This document shows positions 33,165 to 45,536 of a DNA stretch of 64,000 nt, piece by piece. A program made the position numbers and the translations under genes. This DNA is from Gammaproteobacteria bacterium (GTDB lineage Bacteria > Pseudomonadota > Gammaproteobacteria > UBA4575), in the NCBI GenBank assembly GCA_965207475.1, contig OZ242278.1, positions 551,127 to 615,126 of the forward strand. Reading direction: 5' to 3'. The notes under the pieces were generated by a model. The model was not told the DNA's origin. It did not search any database and saw nothing but the letters and a program-made list of their open reading frames with translations. Position 1 is the stretch's first letter. Every line of letters begins with the position of its first letter.

Positions 33165-34073
33165 ATGCTATACCACTACAGTCGCACGCAGACCCTGCAC
33201 CAAGGCCGATACAAGGATGGGCAGTACATCACTGCCCCGGATTCCGAATACGCAGAAATGCTGACAAACTGGATTACTTCAGGCGATTTCATGGCCTACG
33301 AAGATGAGCGGTTTCGCCTCAAGCAGGCCCAGGGGCGGCCCCGTAACCTCCTGTACAGTTTTCACCTGCCCGGGATGCAGCAGGCCATGGTGATGAAGGT
33401 CTCGCACATCAGTCCACGGTACCGGCTGTCAAGAAAAATAGACCTGTTCATAACAGGCCTGTACAAGGATTACTGCAAAATCAGTTTTCATGGTGCGATG
33501 GCGCTGCACGAACAGGATCTTCCTGTTGCCAGACCGCTGGCTTTCTGGACCTTCAGGCAGGGCTGCTTCAGGAAAAAAAGCTATTTCTTGTGCAGCAAGC
33601 TTCCCGGCAGTCAATCCCTGAAACAATTGCTGGAATCCTGCCGGCAAAACAATTCTCATCCAGACTTCCACGGAATGGCCAGAAAACTGGCGTCCCTTGT
33701 ACGAAGCATTCATGCTGCCGGTCTGCGCCATGGCGACCTGCATACGGGTAATTTCCTTGCGCATGCCACGGAGCCTGCAGGCAGCCAGGCAAAAAAAATG
33801 CCTGAGTTTAATTTCTTTCTTGTGGATTATGACAAGTGTTCAGAAGTCAAGCTGAAACATCCATGGATAAAAACCGTGTACGACCTGAAAGACTTGAGCG
33901 GCCTGGTCATGCCCACCGTCCGGGACGAGGAATTGCTGGAAATGTACTTCAATGAAACCCCTTCCCCCCGTTCCATCAGGATTTTCAGGTTCTGGAAAAA
34001 CGGTGGTATCAACCTGCGCCGGAGACTGCTGGGACTTCCCCCGAAAAAGGAAAACCGGCATCTTGCAAGCTGA
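33165..34073 (+). CDS. lipopolysaccharide kinase (Kdo/WaaP/InaA) family protein
   Basis: Catalytic loop HGDLHTGNFL and downstream DYDK (DFG-like), typical of the Kdo/WaaP kinase family; 302 aa; reduced GC; first gene of the glycan island. Confidence 0.5.
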   Translation: MLYHYSRTQTLHQGRYKDGQYITAPDSEYAEMLTNWITSGDFMAYEDERFRLKQAQGRPRNLLYSFHLPGMQQAMVMKVSHISPRYRLSRKIDLFITGLYKDYCKISFHGAMALHEQDLPVARPLAFWTFRQGCFRKKSYFLCSKLPGSQSLKQLLESCRQNNSHPDFHGMARKLASLVRSIHAAGLRHGDLHTGNFLAHATEPAGSQAKKMPEFNFFLVDYDKCSEVKLKHPWIKTVYDLKDLSGLVMPTVRDEELLEMYFNETPSPRSIRIFRFWKNGGINLRRRLLGLPPKKENRHLAS

Positions 34074-34096
34074 CTGATGGCCCTGGAAACCTGTTC

Positions 34097-35413
34097 ATGA
34101 CCAAAAAGAAAAACATCCTCCTATGGAAGTTCGCGGATCACTATACGCGTGGCCTGAAAGACCATCTCGCCGACGATCTGGAAATCAAGGTATGGATCGA
34201 CAAGAAGAAATTCAAAGTGCCCACGCATCACATGGATGACCTCTACAAGCAACTGAAGTTTTCGGGACACAGCCCCCGACTGAACATGGATTATCAGCAC
34301 CAGAAGACGTTCGTGGACATTTACAGGAAGGTCATGAGACACACAAATGTCTTCATGTACATGTACAGTCGGTACCCGGCACTCAACGGGGAACACAATT
34401 TCATTGACATGATGGATGCGATGCACGTCTACACCCACCAGTTCATTGACATCCTGACCACCCATCATATCGACTATGTGTTCATGAGCAGGATTCCTCA
34501 CCGGGGTCCTGACCTGATTCTTTACCTGGTCGCCAAGGCACTGGATATCAAGGTCTTCATGCTCCAGCAGACTATTCTGAAAGGCAAGGCGTTTCTGGCC
34601 ACTGACATGCACGAAGTCGGCTCATTGGCCAGTGAAAACGAGGACCTGAAACCGGAAAAGATCCAGCAAAAACATCGAAACGCACTGTATTCAATCAGTA
34701 CCAGGCGAAGAACCAACCCCTACCTCAAGGCTTTCCTTTACCTGTTCAGGTTCGACCTGGACCTGTTGCTGTACCAGATCATGAATGCCCGAAAGAGCAG
34801 CGAATTCAAACGCAACTACACCTCTGCCCTGGCAGGCTCGTTACCCCAGGGAAGATTCGTCTATTTTGCCCTGCACCTGCAGCCTGAATTGACCACGGTC
34901 AGCTGGGGCGGTGAATTCGTAGACCAGGTGCTCGCCATTGAACATCTCAGGTCACTGCTTCCACAAGACTGGAGTATCGTGGTGAAGGAAAATCCCTTGC
35001 AGACTTTTCACTCGCGCGGCCCGCTGTTTTTTGCAAGGCTGAAGAAAATTCCAGGCGTATTCTATGTCGGCAAGGACACGGATACCTTTGACTTGATAGA
35101 AAAGGCAGAATTTGTTTCGACGGTAACAGGAACCGTCGGCATGGAGGCGCTGCGATTCGGCAAAAGAGTACTTGTCTTCGGCAGTGCCCCATACAAGGAA
35201 TTTCCAGGCGTCATCCGCTACTCGGACCGGTTGACCCTGGATGATATCCTGTCAGTACAATTCACCCACCAGGAAGTTGAACTCGCTCACGCCAGGCAAA
35301 AATCAAACATGGTCGATGCGGTAACTACCCCTGACGGCGCCAAAGCCGAAGATTTCTCAGCAGAAGACAACTTTCAGAACCTAGCAGAAATCATCAACCA
35401 AGCCACCAGGTAG
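34097..35413 (+). CDS. capsule-polysaccharide-biosynthesis (KpsS/KpsC-like, PF05159-type) putative keto-sugar glycosyltransferase
   Basis: 438 aa. Motif series (FALHLQPE, IVVKENP, VSTVTGTVGMEALRFGKRVLVFGSAPY) resembles the retaining beta-Kdo transferase (KpsS/KpsC) family. It is not PseG-like: no N-terminal G-rich loop. Assignment is by motif recall only. Confidence 0.4.
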   Translation: MTKKKNILLWKFADHYTRGLKDHLADDLEIKVWIDKKKFKVPTHHMDDLYKQLKFSGHSPRLNMDYQHQKTFVDIYRKVMRHTNVFMYMYSRYPALNGEHNFIDMMDAMHVYTHQFIDILTTHHIDYVFMSRIPHRGPDLILYLVAKALDIKVFMLQQTILKGKAFLATDMHEVGSLASENEDLKPEKIQQKHRNALYSISTRRRTNPYLKAFLYLFRFDLDLLLYQIMNARKSSEFKRNYTSALAGSLPQGRFVYFALHLQPELTTVSWGGEFVDQVLAIEHLRSLLPQDWSIVVKENPLQTFHSRGPLFFARLKKIPGVFYVGKDTDTFDLIEKAEFVSTVTGTVGMEALRFGKRVLVFGSAPYKEFPGVIRYSDRLTLDDILSVQFTHQEVELAHARQKSNMVDAVTTPDGAKAEDFSAEDNFQNLAEIINQATR

Positions 35414-35440
35414 ACCCGCTTGCAGGATGATCTCTCTTTT

Positions 35441-37668
<2,228 letters not shown>

Positions 37669-38052
37669 TCAGGTTGCAATTTCCCATATCCATCTACTCG
37701 CCTGCTCTGCCCAAGAGTGTTACAGCTGTTGCAGCACTACAGGGCAGATAATCAAGAAACCTTCATTACCTGAAACTTCTAAATGCCCTGTTTTCGTATC
37801 AGACAAATTACCTTATTTGGCAGTCATGCTTATTTTCGGTGGAAATCTGGCAAATAACCAATACTGTTTGTTATAAAAGCCGGCCCCGTCAAGTATTGAG
37901 TTCGTGTCCTTCTGATATGATAGTTTTCCATCAAAAACACCAGAGACCAGTAACAGGCATGATCAGGATCTTCTCGAAACTTCTTTAGATCATATCCTCC
38001 GAATGACAATAAAATCTCTTTTGGACAATATGCAAGCCTCAAGCGAAATGCC

Positions 38053-38060
38053 TGTATAAT
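38053..38060 (+). promoter_or_regulatory. candidate extended -10 promoter element (TGTATAAT) upstream of pseF
   Basis: cCTGTATAAT lies 125 nt upstream of the pseF ATG in a 570-bp AT-rich divergent intergenic region; no well-spaced -35 is present. Confidence 0.35.
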
Positions 38061-38184
38061 CTAGCTGAACTGCATCATGGAAGCTGAGAAAATACCCGGA
38101 TCACCCATAATCAATTTCACGACACAGTGATTCAATCTAATCCCGGGCTCCAAACAAGGTTTTACCGACGATGTTTCAGCAGGA

Positions 38185-38889
38185 ATGAGTGAAGCAGTCG
38201 CACTTATCCCAGCGCGTGGTGGCAGTAAGCGCATTCATCGAAAAAACGTAAGAAATTTTCACGGGCGCCCGATGATTGCATGGCCGATAGATGCAGCGCA
38301 CCGTTCTGAGCTATTTAATCGTATAATCGTATCGACAGATGACCATGAAATTGCTGAAACGGCACGCAGAGAAGGGGTAGACGTTCCGTTTCTCAGGCCA
38401 TCTGAGTTGGCCAATGACAAAGTTGGGATCATGCCCGTGGTCCAACACGCAATTCAAGAACTGCATAATGCGGGGATTTTGATCCGCGATCTGTGCCTGA
38501 TCTATGCGACAGCCCCCTTCATTAGGAGCTCCGACCTAAGGAGAGGCCAAGCTATCCTTCACGCCGAACGCAGCGACTTTGCAATATCAGTCACAAGTTT
38601 TCCTTTTCCCATACAACGTGCCCTAAAGAAAACCATGGATGGGCGACTGGCAATGTTTCAGCCCGAAGACTTCAATTCCCGGTCTCAAGACCTGGAACCT
38701 GCATACCATGATGCGGCCCAGTTTTGTTGGGGAACAGCGGAGGCCTGGATTGAAAATCGGTGTATATACGGTTCCAACTCCGTGCCAGTCATGCTTCCTC
38801 GCCACCTTGTACAAGATATAGACAACGAAGAAGACTGGGTAACCGCTGAATGGATGTTCAAAGCGCTTAAAGATGCTGGTGAAATTTGA
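38185..38889 (+). CDS. pseF: pseudaminic acid cytidylyltransferase (CMP-NeuAc synthetase family)
   Basis: N-terminal ALIPARGGSKRI motif of acylneuraminate/pseudaminate cytidylyltransferases; 234 aa; ~48% GC. Confidence 0.8.
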   Translation: MSEAVALIPARGGSKRIHRKNVRNFHGRPMIAWPIDAAHRSELFNRIIVSTDDHEIAETARREGVDVPFLRPSELANDKVGIMPVVQHAIQELHNAGILIRDLCLIYATAPFIRSSDLRRGQAILHAERSDFAISVTSFPFPIQRALKKTMDGRLAMFQPEDFNSRSQDLEPAYHDAAQFCWGTAEAWIENRCIYGSNSVPVMLPRHLVQDIDNEEDWVTAEWMFKALKDAGEI

Positions 38890-39037
38890 CCAGCAGTATT
38901 TCACTCCATCTTAAATCCCTGAAAGCACCGAAAACAAACATACCTCTATCTTGCAGTTGGAACTTGTAGCGGCAGTATTGCCGAAAGACAAACCTGCAAC
39001 ACTTACTGATTCGCCAGCTTTCACGCTTTTCCATCTC

Positions 39038-40099
39038 TCAGCATACGTGTGCTACTTCTGAAACTTTTATCCTTTCTCCTTTGGCATATGAATGCTCGGA
39101 AGCTTTTCCAATAAGTGATTTCCAGTACCGCGGATGTAAACCAAAACCTGGCCTGATTATGCGGATATTGTCAGTGCTGAATATATCCCCTTCTGCTATG
39201 TATGACACAGCATAAATAGACCGTCTATAACGCAGTGACTTCATTTCGTTGACAGATATTCCAAAGCTTTCAGAGCCAATAGATTTTTTAACCAATGCAG
39301 CATCCTCAACAAGTTTCGAAAACTCAGCTTCATCTGCTGAAAAAGAACTATCCACCCCTTCATTCAGGCGTGATTTTGTGAAATGCTTTTCTATAACCGA
39401 GGCACCCAGTGCAATGCTCGCCAATGCGGCCTGATTGCCTACTGTATGATCAGAAAACCCGACGATACATTGATGTTTCTTAGCTAGAAGAGGTATAGAC
39501 GCCAAGTTTACATCGTCGACATTTGCTGGATAATCAGAGGTACATTTCAAAAGAACAAGATTCTCACACCCACTGTCACGGGCAACAGCCACTGCTTCAT
39601 CAATCTCATCTTCAGCAGCGAGACCAGTCGAGATGATCAGCGAACGACCTGTCTCTGCCACTTGTCGAATTAACGGATAATGAACATTCTCAAAGGAAGC
39701 TATCTTATAGGCACATGGTGACAATTTTTCCCAAAACTCGACAGACGTTTCATCAAACACGGAACTGAAGCACTCAAGCTCAATTGTTTTGCAATACTCA
39801 TAAATACTTCTCACCCAATCCCAGTCTGTGTACGCTTTCTTGTACAAGCCATACAGTGTTTGACCAGCCCAGAGACTGTCTGCTTCAGAAATTAGAAAAT
39901 CTTCATTATCAGAATCTATAGTAAGTGTATCTGGAGTGTATGTCTGAAGCTTAAGTGCATTTGCACCCGCCCTTTTTGCAGCTTTTGCGATCTCTATTGC
40001 TTGCTCATAGGACTGGTTATGATTGCCTGACATTTCCGCAATAATATAAGGCCGATACTCAGGCCCAACGGGGACATCCCCCATATATACAACCATCAT
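39038..40099 (-). CDS. pseI: pseudaminic acid synthase (NeuB-family nonulosonic acid synthase)
   Basis: 353 aa NeuB family (IIAEMSGNHN...) with a C-terminal SAF/antifreeze-like domain. Assigned as PseI by the pseB/pseC context. Start overlaps the formyltransferase stop (TAATG). Confidence 0.85.
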   Translation of the reverse strand: MMVVYMGDVPVGPEYRPYIIAEMSGNHNQSYEQAIEIAKAAKRAGANALKLQTYTPDTLTIDSDNEDFLISEADSLWAGQTLYGLYKKAYTDWDWVRSIYEYCKTIELECFSSVFDETSVEFWEKLSPCAYKIASFENVHYPLIRQVAETGRSLIISTGLAAEDEIDEAVAVARDSGCENLVLLKCTSDYPANVDDVNLASIPLLAKKHQCIVGFSDHTVGNQAALASIALGASVIEKHFTKSRLNEGVDSSFSADEAEFSKLVEDAALVKKSIGSESFGISVNEMKSLRYRRSIYAVSYIAEGDIFSTDNIRIIRPGFGLHPRYWKSLIGKASEHSYAKGERIKVSEVAHVC

Positions 40100-40926
40100 T
40101 ACTCTCCAAGCTTGCTCAGCAATTCAGAAATTCTGTTATCGTCTGAATTTATCCGCCTCACTATTTGCGCTGCCTCATCCGGTGCCTTGGCAAATGCAAG
40201 TCTCATCAAATCCATCCAATTTACATTATTATTTCGCCGGGCTGTTTCTATCTCATCAATCAACGACAACTTGCCATGTAAAATCGCAACATCAAGTTCA
40301 TCAAGCCGAGAGACCTCTTCGACAATATTCGAATCCCAACCAGAAAATTCATCTGGAAGATCCTCGACATGATGGTATGACCCATCACCCCTCTGCTTGA
40401 ATGGCACAAATTCATTGCACAGGAGTGCACTTAAATTATCTGAAAACAGCGTTTCAATCTCTCGAACAAGCCTGGTATGAGTATCCCTAAACGTTAGCTC
40501 CTCTTGATCGAAATTTACGTATTTTTGAAAGAGTATTTCGCCAGTATCGATACCTTCATCGACGCAATGTATGGTAACTCCGCTTGGAGTACCCTCGAAA
40601 AATGACCAGAAATTAGGATGTGCGCCCCTGTTGTAAGGCAAATAGCCAATGTGGAGATTAATTATTGCCCGTCTGGCTGTGGAAAGCACGTTTGGCGACA
40701 TAATGTGCCTGTACCCGAAACATATGACTAAATCATATTCAGAAACATCATGGATTTCCTGTTCAGTTTGCCAAACCTCGCAATTATTCCTAAGGAGTAA
40801 ATGTATAAGCGTGGTTTTGTTTTCGTCATATCCTAGAAACAAAACTTTTTGTTTATTCTCTACTGCAGTTTGCTCTTCGGCAGAAACTAAACGAGGTCTC
40901 GTCATCACCTTGTACTCAGCCAACAC
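40099..40926 (-). CDS. formyltransferase-domain protein (Fmt/PurN-like N-terminal domain + ~120-aa acidic C-terminal region)
   Basis: N-terminal DLVICFGYRHIMSPNVLSTARRAIINLHIGYLPYNRGAHPNFWSFFEG...GVTIHCVDEGIDTGEIL matches the formyl_trans_N catalytic core (N...H...D). 275 aa; ~42% GC; translationally coupled to pseI. Confidence 0.7.
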   Translation of the reverse strand: MLAEYKVMTRPRLVSAEEQTAVENKQKVLFLGYDENKTTLIHLLLRNNCEVWQTEQEIHDVSEYDLVICFGYRHIMSPNVLSTARRAIINLHIGYLPYNRGAHPNFWSFFEGTPSGVTIHCVDEGIDTGEILFQKYVNFDQEELTFRDTHTRLVREIETLFSDNLSALLCNEFVPFKQRGDGSYHHVEDLPDEFSGWDSNIVEEVSRLDELDVAILHGKLSLIDEIETARRNNNVNWMDLMRLAFAKAPDEAAQIVRRINSDDNRISELLSKLGE

Positions 40927-41216
40927 TCCAGCTAAAACAAATTTTACTAAAGGGTATCATCTGATGTATTTCAAGGTACATTGAACGTTCCAACCAGTTC
41001 TTGCAGTAGAATGAGGAAATTCCTCAATACCATAGACCAAAGCATGCCTTGTCAGTCGATGATTTCTTGTTCTCTGTGCCTGATGAGTTAATCCATGGAT
41101 GCATTTACCATGAACTGGAATGACAAATCTTTTTATCAGCAAGTATTGAACATCCCTGAAAGCCAGCCTCCAAACCGAAACCTTCCTCAGTTCCAGAAAT
41201 CATGGTCACACCAAAT

Positions 41217-41654
41217 CTAGAAAGGAATATCATCATCAAATTCATCACTTGATGCGCTGGAAGCTGTCTGTTTCGATTCCGGGCCAGGCGGCGCTTCCTG
41301 CGTTATTGCAGTGCTGCCCTTACTGCCCAGCATCTGCATGTCATTCGCCACAATCTCAGTGGTATACCGGTCATTTCCACCCTGGTCCTGCCATTTTCGG
41401 GTCTGCAGCCGCCCTTCCACGTAAACCTGGGAACCTTTCCTCAGGTATTCCCCTGCAATTTCGGCCAACCTGCGGAAAAACACCACGCGGTGCCATTCGG
41501 TCTTCTCGACCTTTTCACCCGAATTCTTGTCCGTCCAGGATTCGGTTGTCGCCAAAGTGATGTTACAAACTGCCTGGCCGCTTGGCATGTACTTAACCTC
41601 GGGGTCTTGCCCCAGGTGGCCGACCAATATTACCTTGTTGATGCCTCTTGCCAT
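41217..41654 (-). CDS. ssb: single-stranded DNA-binding protein
   Basis: [22 protein letters not shown]-fold N-terminus and the canonical acidic C-terminal tip DDDIPF. True ATG at ~41654 with AGGA RBS; the track ORF extends to 41804. Confidence 0.93.
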   Translation of the reverse strand: MARGINKVILVGHLGQDPEVKYMPSGQAVCNITLATTESWTDKNSGEKVEKTEWHRVVFFRRLAEIAGEYLRKGSQVYVEGRLQTRKWQDQGGNDRYTTEIVANDMQMLGSKGSTAITQEAPPGPESKQTASSASSDEFDDDIPF

Positions 41655-41853
41655 TTTGATGTCCTGCTGGATAGGTTCTTGAGTGCCACTTCGTAACTTG
41701 AGAAATTCCCGGACCCGGTACATAAGGCCGCACCCTCTGCCCACCTGCCAAGCCGGGTAAGTAAGATGCCTGTAAAGAGTGCCTCTAGCTGGTTTTGCAC
41801 TCAAGACAACTTAACACGTATATTAACGTATTTATCCAGTCGCAATTGAAATA

Positions 41854-44706
41854 ATGAAGAAGATTTCCATCCGGGGTGCACGGACACACAATCTTCAGAA
41901 TGTCAGCGTTGACCTGCCTCGCGATAAACTCATCGTCATCACGGGTTTATCCGGCTCGGGCAAGTCGTCCCTGGCTTTCGACACGATCTTTGCAGAGGGA
42001 CAGCGCAGGTACGTTGAATCCCTGTCAGCCTACGCCCGTCAGTTCCTGTCGCGCCTGGAAAAGCCGGATGTCGACTCCATCGACGGCCTGTCGCCCTCCA
42101 TTTCCATCGAACAAAAAGCAAGTTCCCACAATCCGCGCTCCACGGTCGGAACCATCACCGAGATTTACGACTACCTACGCCTGCTCTATGCACGTGCTGG
42201 AATTCCGCGCTGTCCCACGCACCAGATCGACCTGCATGCCCAAACGGTAAGCCAGATGGTCGACAAGGTACTGTCGCTGGAAGAAGGCAAGAAACTCATG
42301 CTCCTGGCACCGGTCGTTCAAAATCGAAAGGGAGAGCACTTGCAGGTGATGTCCAGGCTGCTGGCCCAGGGTTTTCTCCGCGCACGAATCGACAACGAGG
42401 TGCATGAACTCGACTCACCCCCGAAGCTGAGCCTGAGGCACAAGCATACCATTGAAGTCATCGTGGACAGGTTCAGGGTCAGGAAAGACCTGAAGCTCCG
42501 GCTGGCGGAATCTTTCGAGACGGCACTGAAGCTTGCAGACGGCATTGCCACCGTCCAGTCGATGGATCATCCGGATGAGGAGGCACTGGTATTCTCTGCG
42601 AAATTTGCCTGCCCGAAATGCGGCTACAGCCTGAACGAGCTCGAGCCTCGCCTGTTTTCTTTCAACAACCCGATCGGTGCATGCTCTGCATGTGACGGAC
42701 TGGGTACCGAGGAGTTCTTTGACCCGGAACTGGTAGTCACCAACCATGAAGTCAGCCTGGCCGGAGGTGCCATCCGGGGATGGGACCGCCGAAACGCCTA
42801 TTACTTCAACTTGATCCAGTCCCTTTCCAGGCACTACAAGTTTGATATCGAGGCTCCCTGGGCTGAACTGGATGACAGGATCCGGGACATCATCCTGTAC
42901 GGCAGTCAAGGCGAGTCCATCCGCTTCAAATTCACAAATGAGAAGGGCAAAACCTACCAGAGCCGACATGAATTCGAAGGCATCATCCCCAACATGGAGC
43001 GGCGATTTCATGAGACGGGGTCCAGTGCCGTACGCGAGGAACTCAGAAAATACCTCACTACACAGGTATGCCAGCTATGCGGAGGCGCCCGGCTGAACAG
43101 GGAGGCACGCAACGTATTCGTCAATCAGCACAACCTGCCCTCCGTTACCTCCTGGTCCACAGAAAAAGCCCTGGAATATTTCAATAACCTTAATCTTTCC
43201 GGACACTTGGCTGCAGTAGGTGAAAAGATTATTCACGAAATATGTCAGCGCCTTGATTTTCTTGTAAATGTCGGGCTGGATTACCTGGCACTTGACCGTA
43301 CTGCGGAGACCCTGTCAGGCGGCGAATCACAAAGGATCAGGCTTGCAAGCCAGATCGGTTCCGGACTGGTCGGTGTCATGTACATACTGGATGAGCCGTC
43401 TATCGGCCTGCACCAGCGTGACAACAAGCGACTGATCAAGACACTGAACTACCTGCGGGACCTCGGGAATACCGTGATCGTCGTGGAGCATGATGAAGAA
43501 GCCATACGAAGTGCCGACCATGTCGTCGACATGGGTCCTGGTGCAGGGGTCCATGGAGGCAGGCTGGTCGCCCAGGGTTCACCGGCCGAGATCGAGAGAA
43601 ACCCGGCTTCCCTAACCGGACAGTACCTGTCCGGAAAGCGCATCATCCAGGTGCCGCCGATGCGCTTGCCCTTCCACAAAGACAGGACGATCCGGATCGT
43701 GGGTGCCAGCGGGAACAACCTGCAGGGAATCACAGTAGACATCCCCCTGGGCTTGCTGACGGTAGTCACGGGCGTTTCAGGTTCGGGGAAATCCACACTG
43801 GTGAACGATACGCTGTACAGGTATTGCATGCGCCACCTGTACGGCTCGAGTGTCCTGCCTGCGACGTGTACGGAAATCCAGGGTCTGGACCAGGTGGACA
43901 AGGTGGTGGATATTGACCAGAACCCGATCGGGCGTACGCCACGCTCCAACCCGGCTACCTACACGGGTCTGTTCACACCCATACGTGAGCTGTTTGCCAG
44001 TATCCCTGAAGCACGGTCGCGAGGATACAAACCGGGGCGCTTCAGCTTCAATGTCCGGGGTGGAAGATGCGAGGCCTGCCGGGGTGACGGGGTCATCAAG
44101 GTGGAAATGCACTTTTTGCCCGACATCTATGTTCCATGCGAAATCTGCCAGGGGAAACGCTACAACCGTGAGACCCTCGAAATACAATACAAAAATAAAA
44201 ATATCCACCAGGTGCTGCAAATGACCGTCGAGGATGCCATCGGTTTTTTCGGTGCGATTCCCGTCATCAAGCGCAAGCTTCTAACACTCATGGATGTTGG
44301 CCTGTCCTACATTTCACTGGGCCAGAGCGCGACGACACTGTCAGGCGGAGAGGCCCAGCGTGTGAAGCTTTCGCGCGAGCTGTCCAAACGAAGTACGGGA
44401 AAAACCCTGTATATCCTGGATGAGCCCACTACCGGCCTGCACTTTCACGATGTTGAGCAGCTGCTCAAGGTACTGCACCATCTACGTGACCAAGGCAATA
44501 CCATCGTAGTCATTGAACATAACCTCGATATCATCAAAACTGCCGACTGGATCATCGACCTGGGTCCTGAGGGAGGTAATGGCGGAGGAAGGGTCGTTGC
44601 AAGCGGTACTCCGGAAGAAGTGGCATTTTCGCAGGATTCCTTCACCGGGGAACACCTGAAATGCGCCCTGAACATGAACATCATGCCCAAAGAACAATCA
44701 GCCTGA
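41854..44706 (+). CDS. uvrA: excinuclease ABC subunit A
   Basis: 950 aa; near-colinear with E. coli UvrA (GARTHNL, two ABC modules, Zn fingers); divergent from ssb as in E. coli and Pseudomonas. Confidence 0.98.
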   Translation: MKKISIRGARTHNLQNVSVDLPRDKLIVITGLSGSGKSSLAFDTIFAEGQRRYVESLSAYARQFLSRLEKPDVDSIDGLSPSISIEQKASSHNPRSTVGTITEIYDYLRLLYARAGIPRCPTHQIDLHAQTVSQMVDKVLSLEEGKKLMLLAPVVQNRKGEHLQVMSRLLAQGFLRARIDNEVHELDSPPKLSLRHKHTIEVIVDRFRVRKDLKLRLAESFETALKLADGIATVQSMDHPDEEALVFSAKFACPKCGYSLNELEPRLFSFNNPIGACSACDGLGTEEFFDPELVVTNHEVSLAGGAIRGWDRRNAYYFNLIQSLSRHYKFDIEAPWAELDDRIRDIILYGSQGESIRFKFTNEKGKTYQSRHEFEGIIPNMERRFHETGSSAVREELRKYLTTQVCQLCGGARLNREARNVFVNQHNLPSVTSWSTEKALEYFNNLNLSGHLAAVGEKIIHEICQRLDFLVNVGLDYLALDRTAETLSGGESQRIRLASQIGSGLVGVMYILDEPSIGLHQRDNKRLIKTLNYLRDLGNTVIVVEHDEEAIRSADHVVDMGPGAGVHGGRLVAQGSPAEIERNPASLTGQYLSGKRIIQVPPMRLPFHKDRTIRIVGASGNNLQGITVDIPLGLLTVVTGVSGSGKSTLVNDTLYRYCMRHLYGSSVLPATCTEIQGLDQVDKVVDIDQNPIGRTPRSNPATYTGLFTPIRELFASIPEARSRGYKPGRFSFNVRGGRCEACRGDGVIKVEMHFLPDIYVPCEICQGKRYNRETLEIQYKNKNIHQVLQMTVEDAIGFFGAIPVIKRKLLTLMDVGLSYISLGQSATTLSGGEAQRVKLSRELSKRSTGKTLYILDEPTTGLHFHDVEQLLKVLHHLRDQGNTIVVIEHNLDIIKTADWIIDLGPEGGNGGGRVVASGTPEEVAFSQDSFTGEHLKCALNMNIMPKEQSA

Positions 44707-44722
44707 TCAGGGTTTCCCTGGA

Positions 44723-45454
44723 TCAGTCGAACTCGACACCTGTACCGACGGTGATTCCCAGGTTCTCGGCAGCAGACCCGTCCCTGGCTGCAATTTCTAC
44801 CAGGTTGTTCGAGTTGCAGTACCAGAACCCTTCACCTTTCTCCACGCAGTAGAACGCCTCGGCATACCTCAGGCACCGGCCATTGACTCTCAAGACCCGG
44901 CTGGTATCGGATGGATGGAAGGTTATTCCCGTAATTGCATTGCCAAAACGGTCTGTATGTATAACTTCGTAAAGACTGTCAGGCCATCCCGCTCCTTGCA
45001 TCTCACGTGCCGATACAGGTTTCAGGTCCGGCCTTGAGCCTGACACGATGTTCGCAGCAACCGGTGCAAACACATCCCGCCCATGGAAAGTCCTGGATGC
45101 CGGCTCACCCTGCAAGAGAATCTCAAACAACTCCGCTTTGGCAAGTTTTCGATACATGATTGAAAGCAGGCCGTTATCAGGTCCGATAAAGGTATGCCCG
45201 TCTCCCTCCATCAAAACCGGAGCCCGGCTCGACCCGACACCAGGGTCTACTACTGCCACTACAACAGACCGTTGCGGGAGGTATTCCAGGTACCCTGCCA
45301 GCAAATAGGCGGATGCCTTGGGATTCATGCCGGGCAGGCAGTGGTCCAGGTCGATCACCCTCGCATGGGAAGCCCTGCGGTAGATGACGGACTTGAGCTG
45401 GCCTACGTAGCCGCCTGATGATCCGTAGTCTGTTGCCAGAACGATAGGGCGCAT
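44723..45454 (-). CDS. SAM hydroxide adenosyltransferase / SAM hydrolase family protein (DUF62)
   Basis: 243 aa; LATDYGSSGGYVGQLK N-terminus and overall pattern of the PF01887 (fluorinase-like SAM hydrolase) family. Confidence 0.65.
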   Translation of the reverse strand: MRPIVLATDYGSSGGYVGQLKSVIYRRASHARVIDLDHCLPGMNPKASAYLLAGYLEYLPQRSVVVAVVDPGVGSSRAPVLMEGDGHTFIGPDNGLLSIMYRKLAKAELFEILLQGEPASRTFHGRDVFAPVAANIVSGSRPDLKPVSAREMQGAGWPDSLYEVIHTDRFGNAITGITFHPSDTSRVLRVNGRCLRYAEAFYCVEKGEGFWYCNSNNLVEIAARDGSAAENLGITVGTGVEFD

Positions 45455-45536
45455 CGGGGGGTTGTAGCCTTCGAAGCTGCTTTACTAGGCAGGGAAATCC
45501 AGAGCTGCCTGCCTGGACCGGGTGTCAGGCAACCGG

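Noticed and set aside
41655-41853. LexA/SOS box expected in the ssb-uvrA divergent promoter region
   Set aside because: No CTGT-N8-ACAG (gamma-type) and no TTAGTA...TACTAA (Xanthomonad-type) box is present. The only repeat is a short ACGTAT...ACGTAT direct repeat near the uvrA -10, which I cannot tie to a known regulator.
44704-44726. Imperfect palindrome CTGATCAGGGTTTCCCTGGATCAG at the convergent uvrA / DUF62 junction as a bidirectional terminator
   Set aside because: The stem has a one-base bulge, it overlaps both stop codons, and there is no flanking U/A tract; too weak to call.
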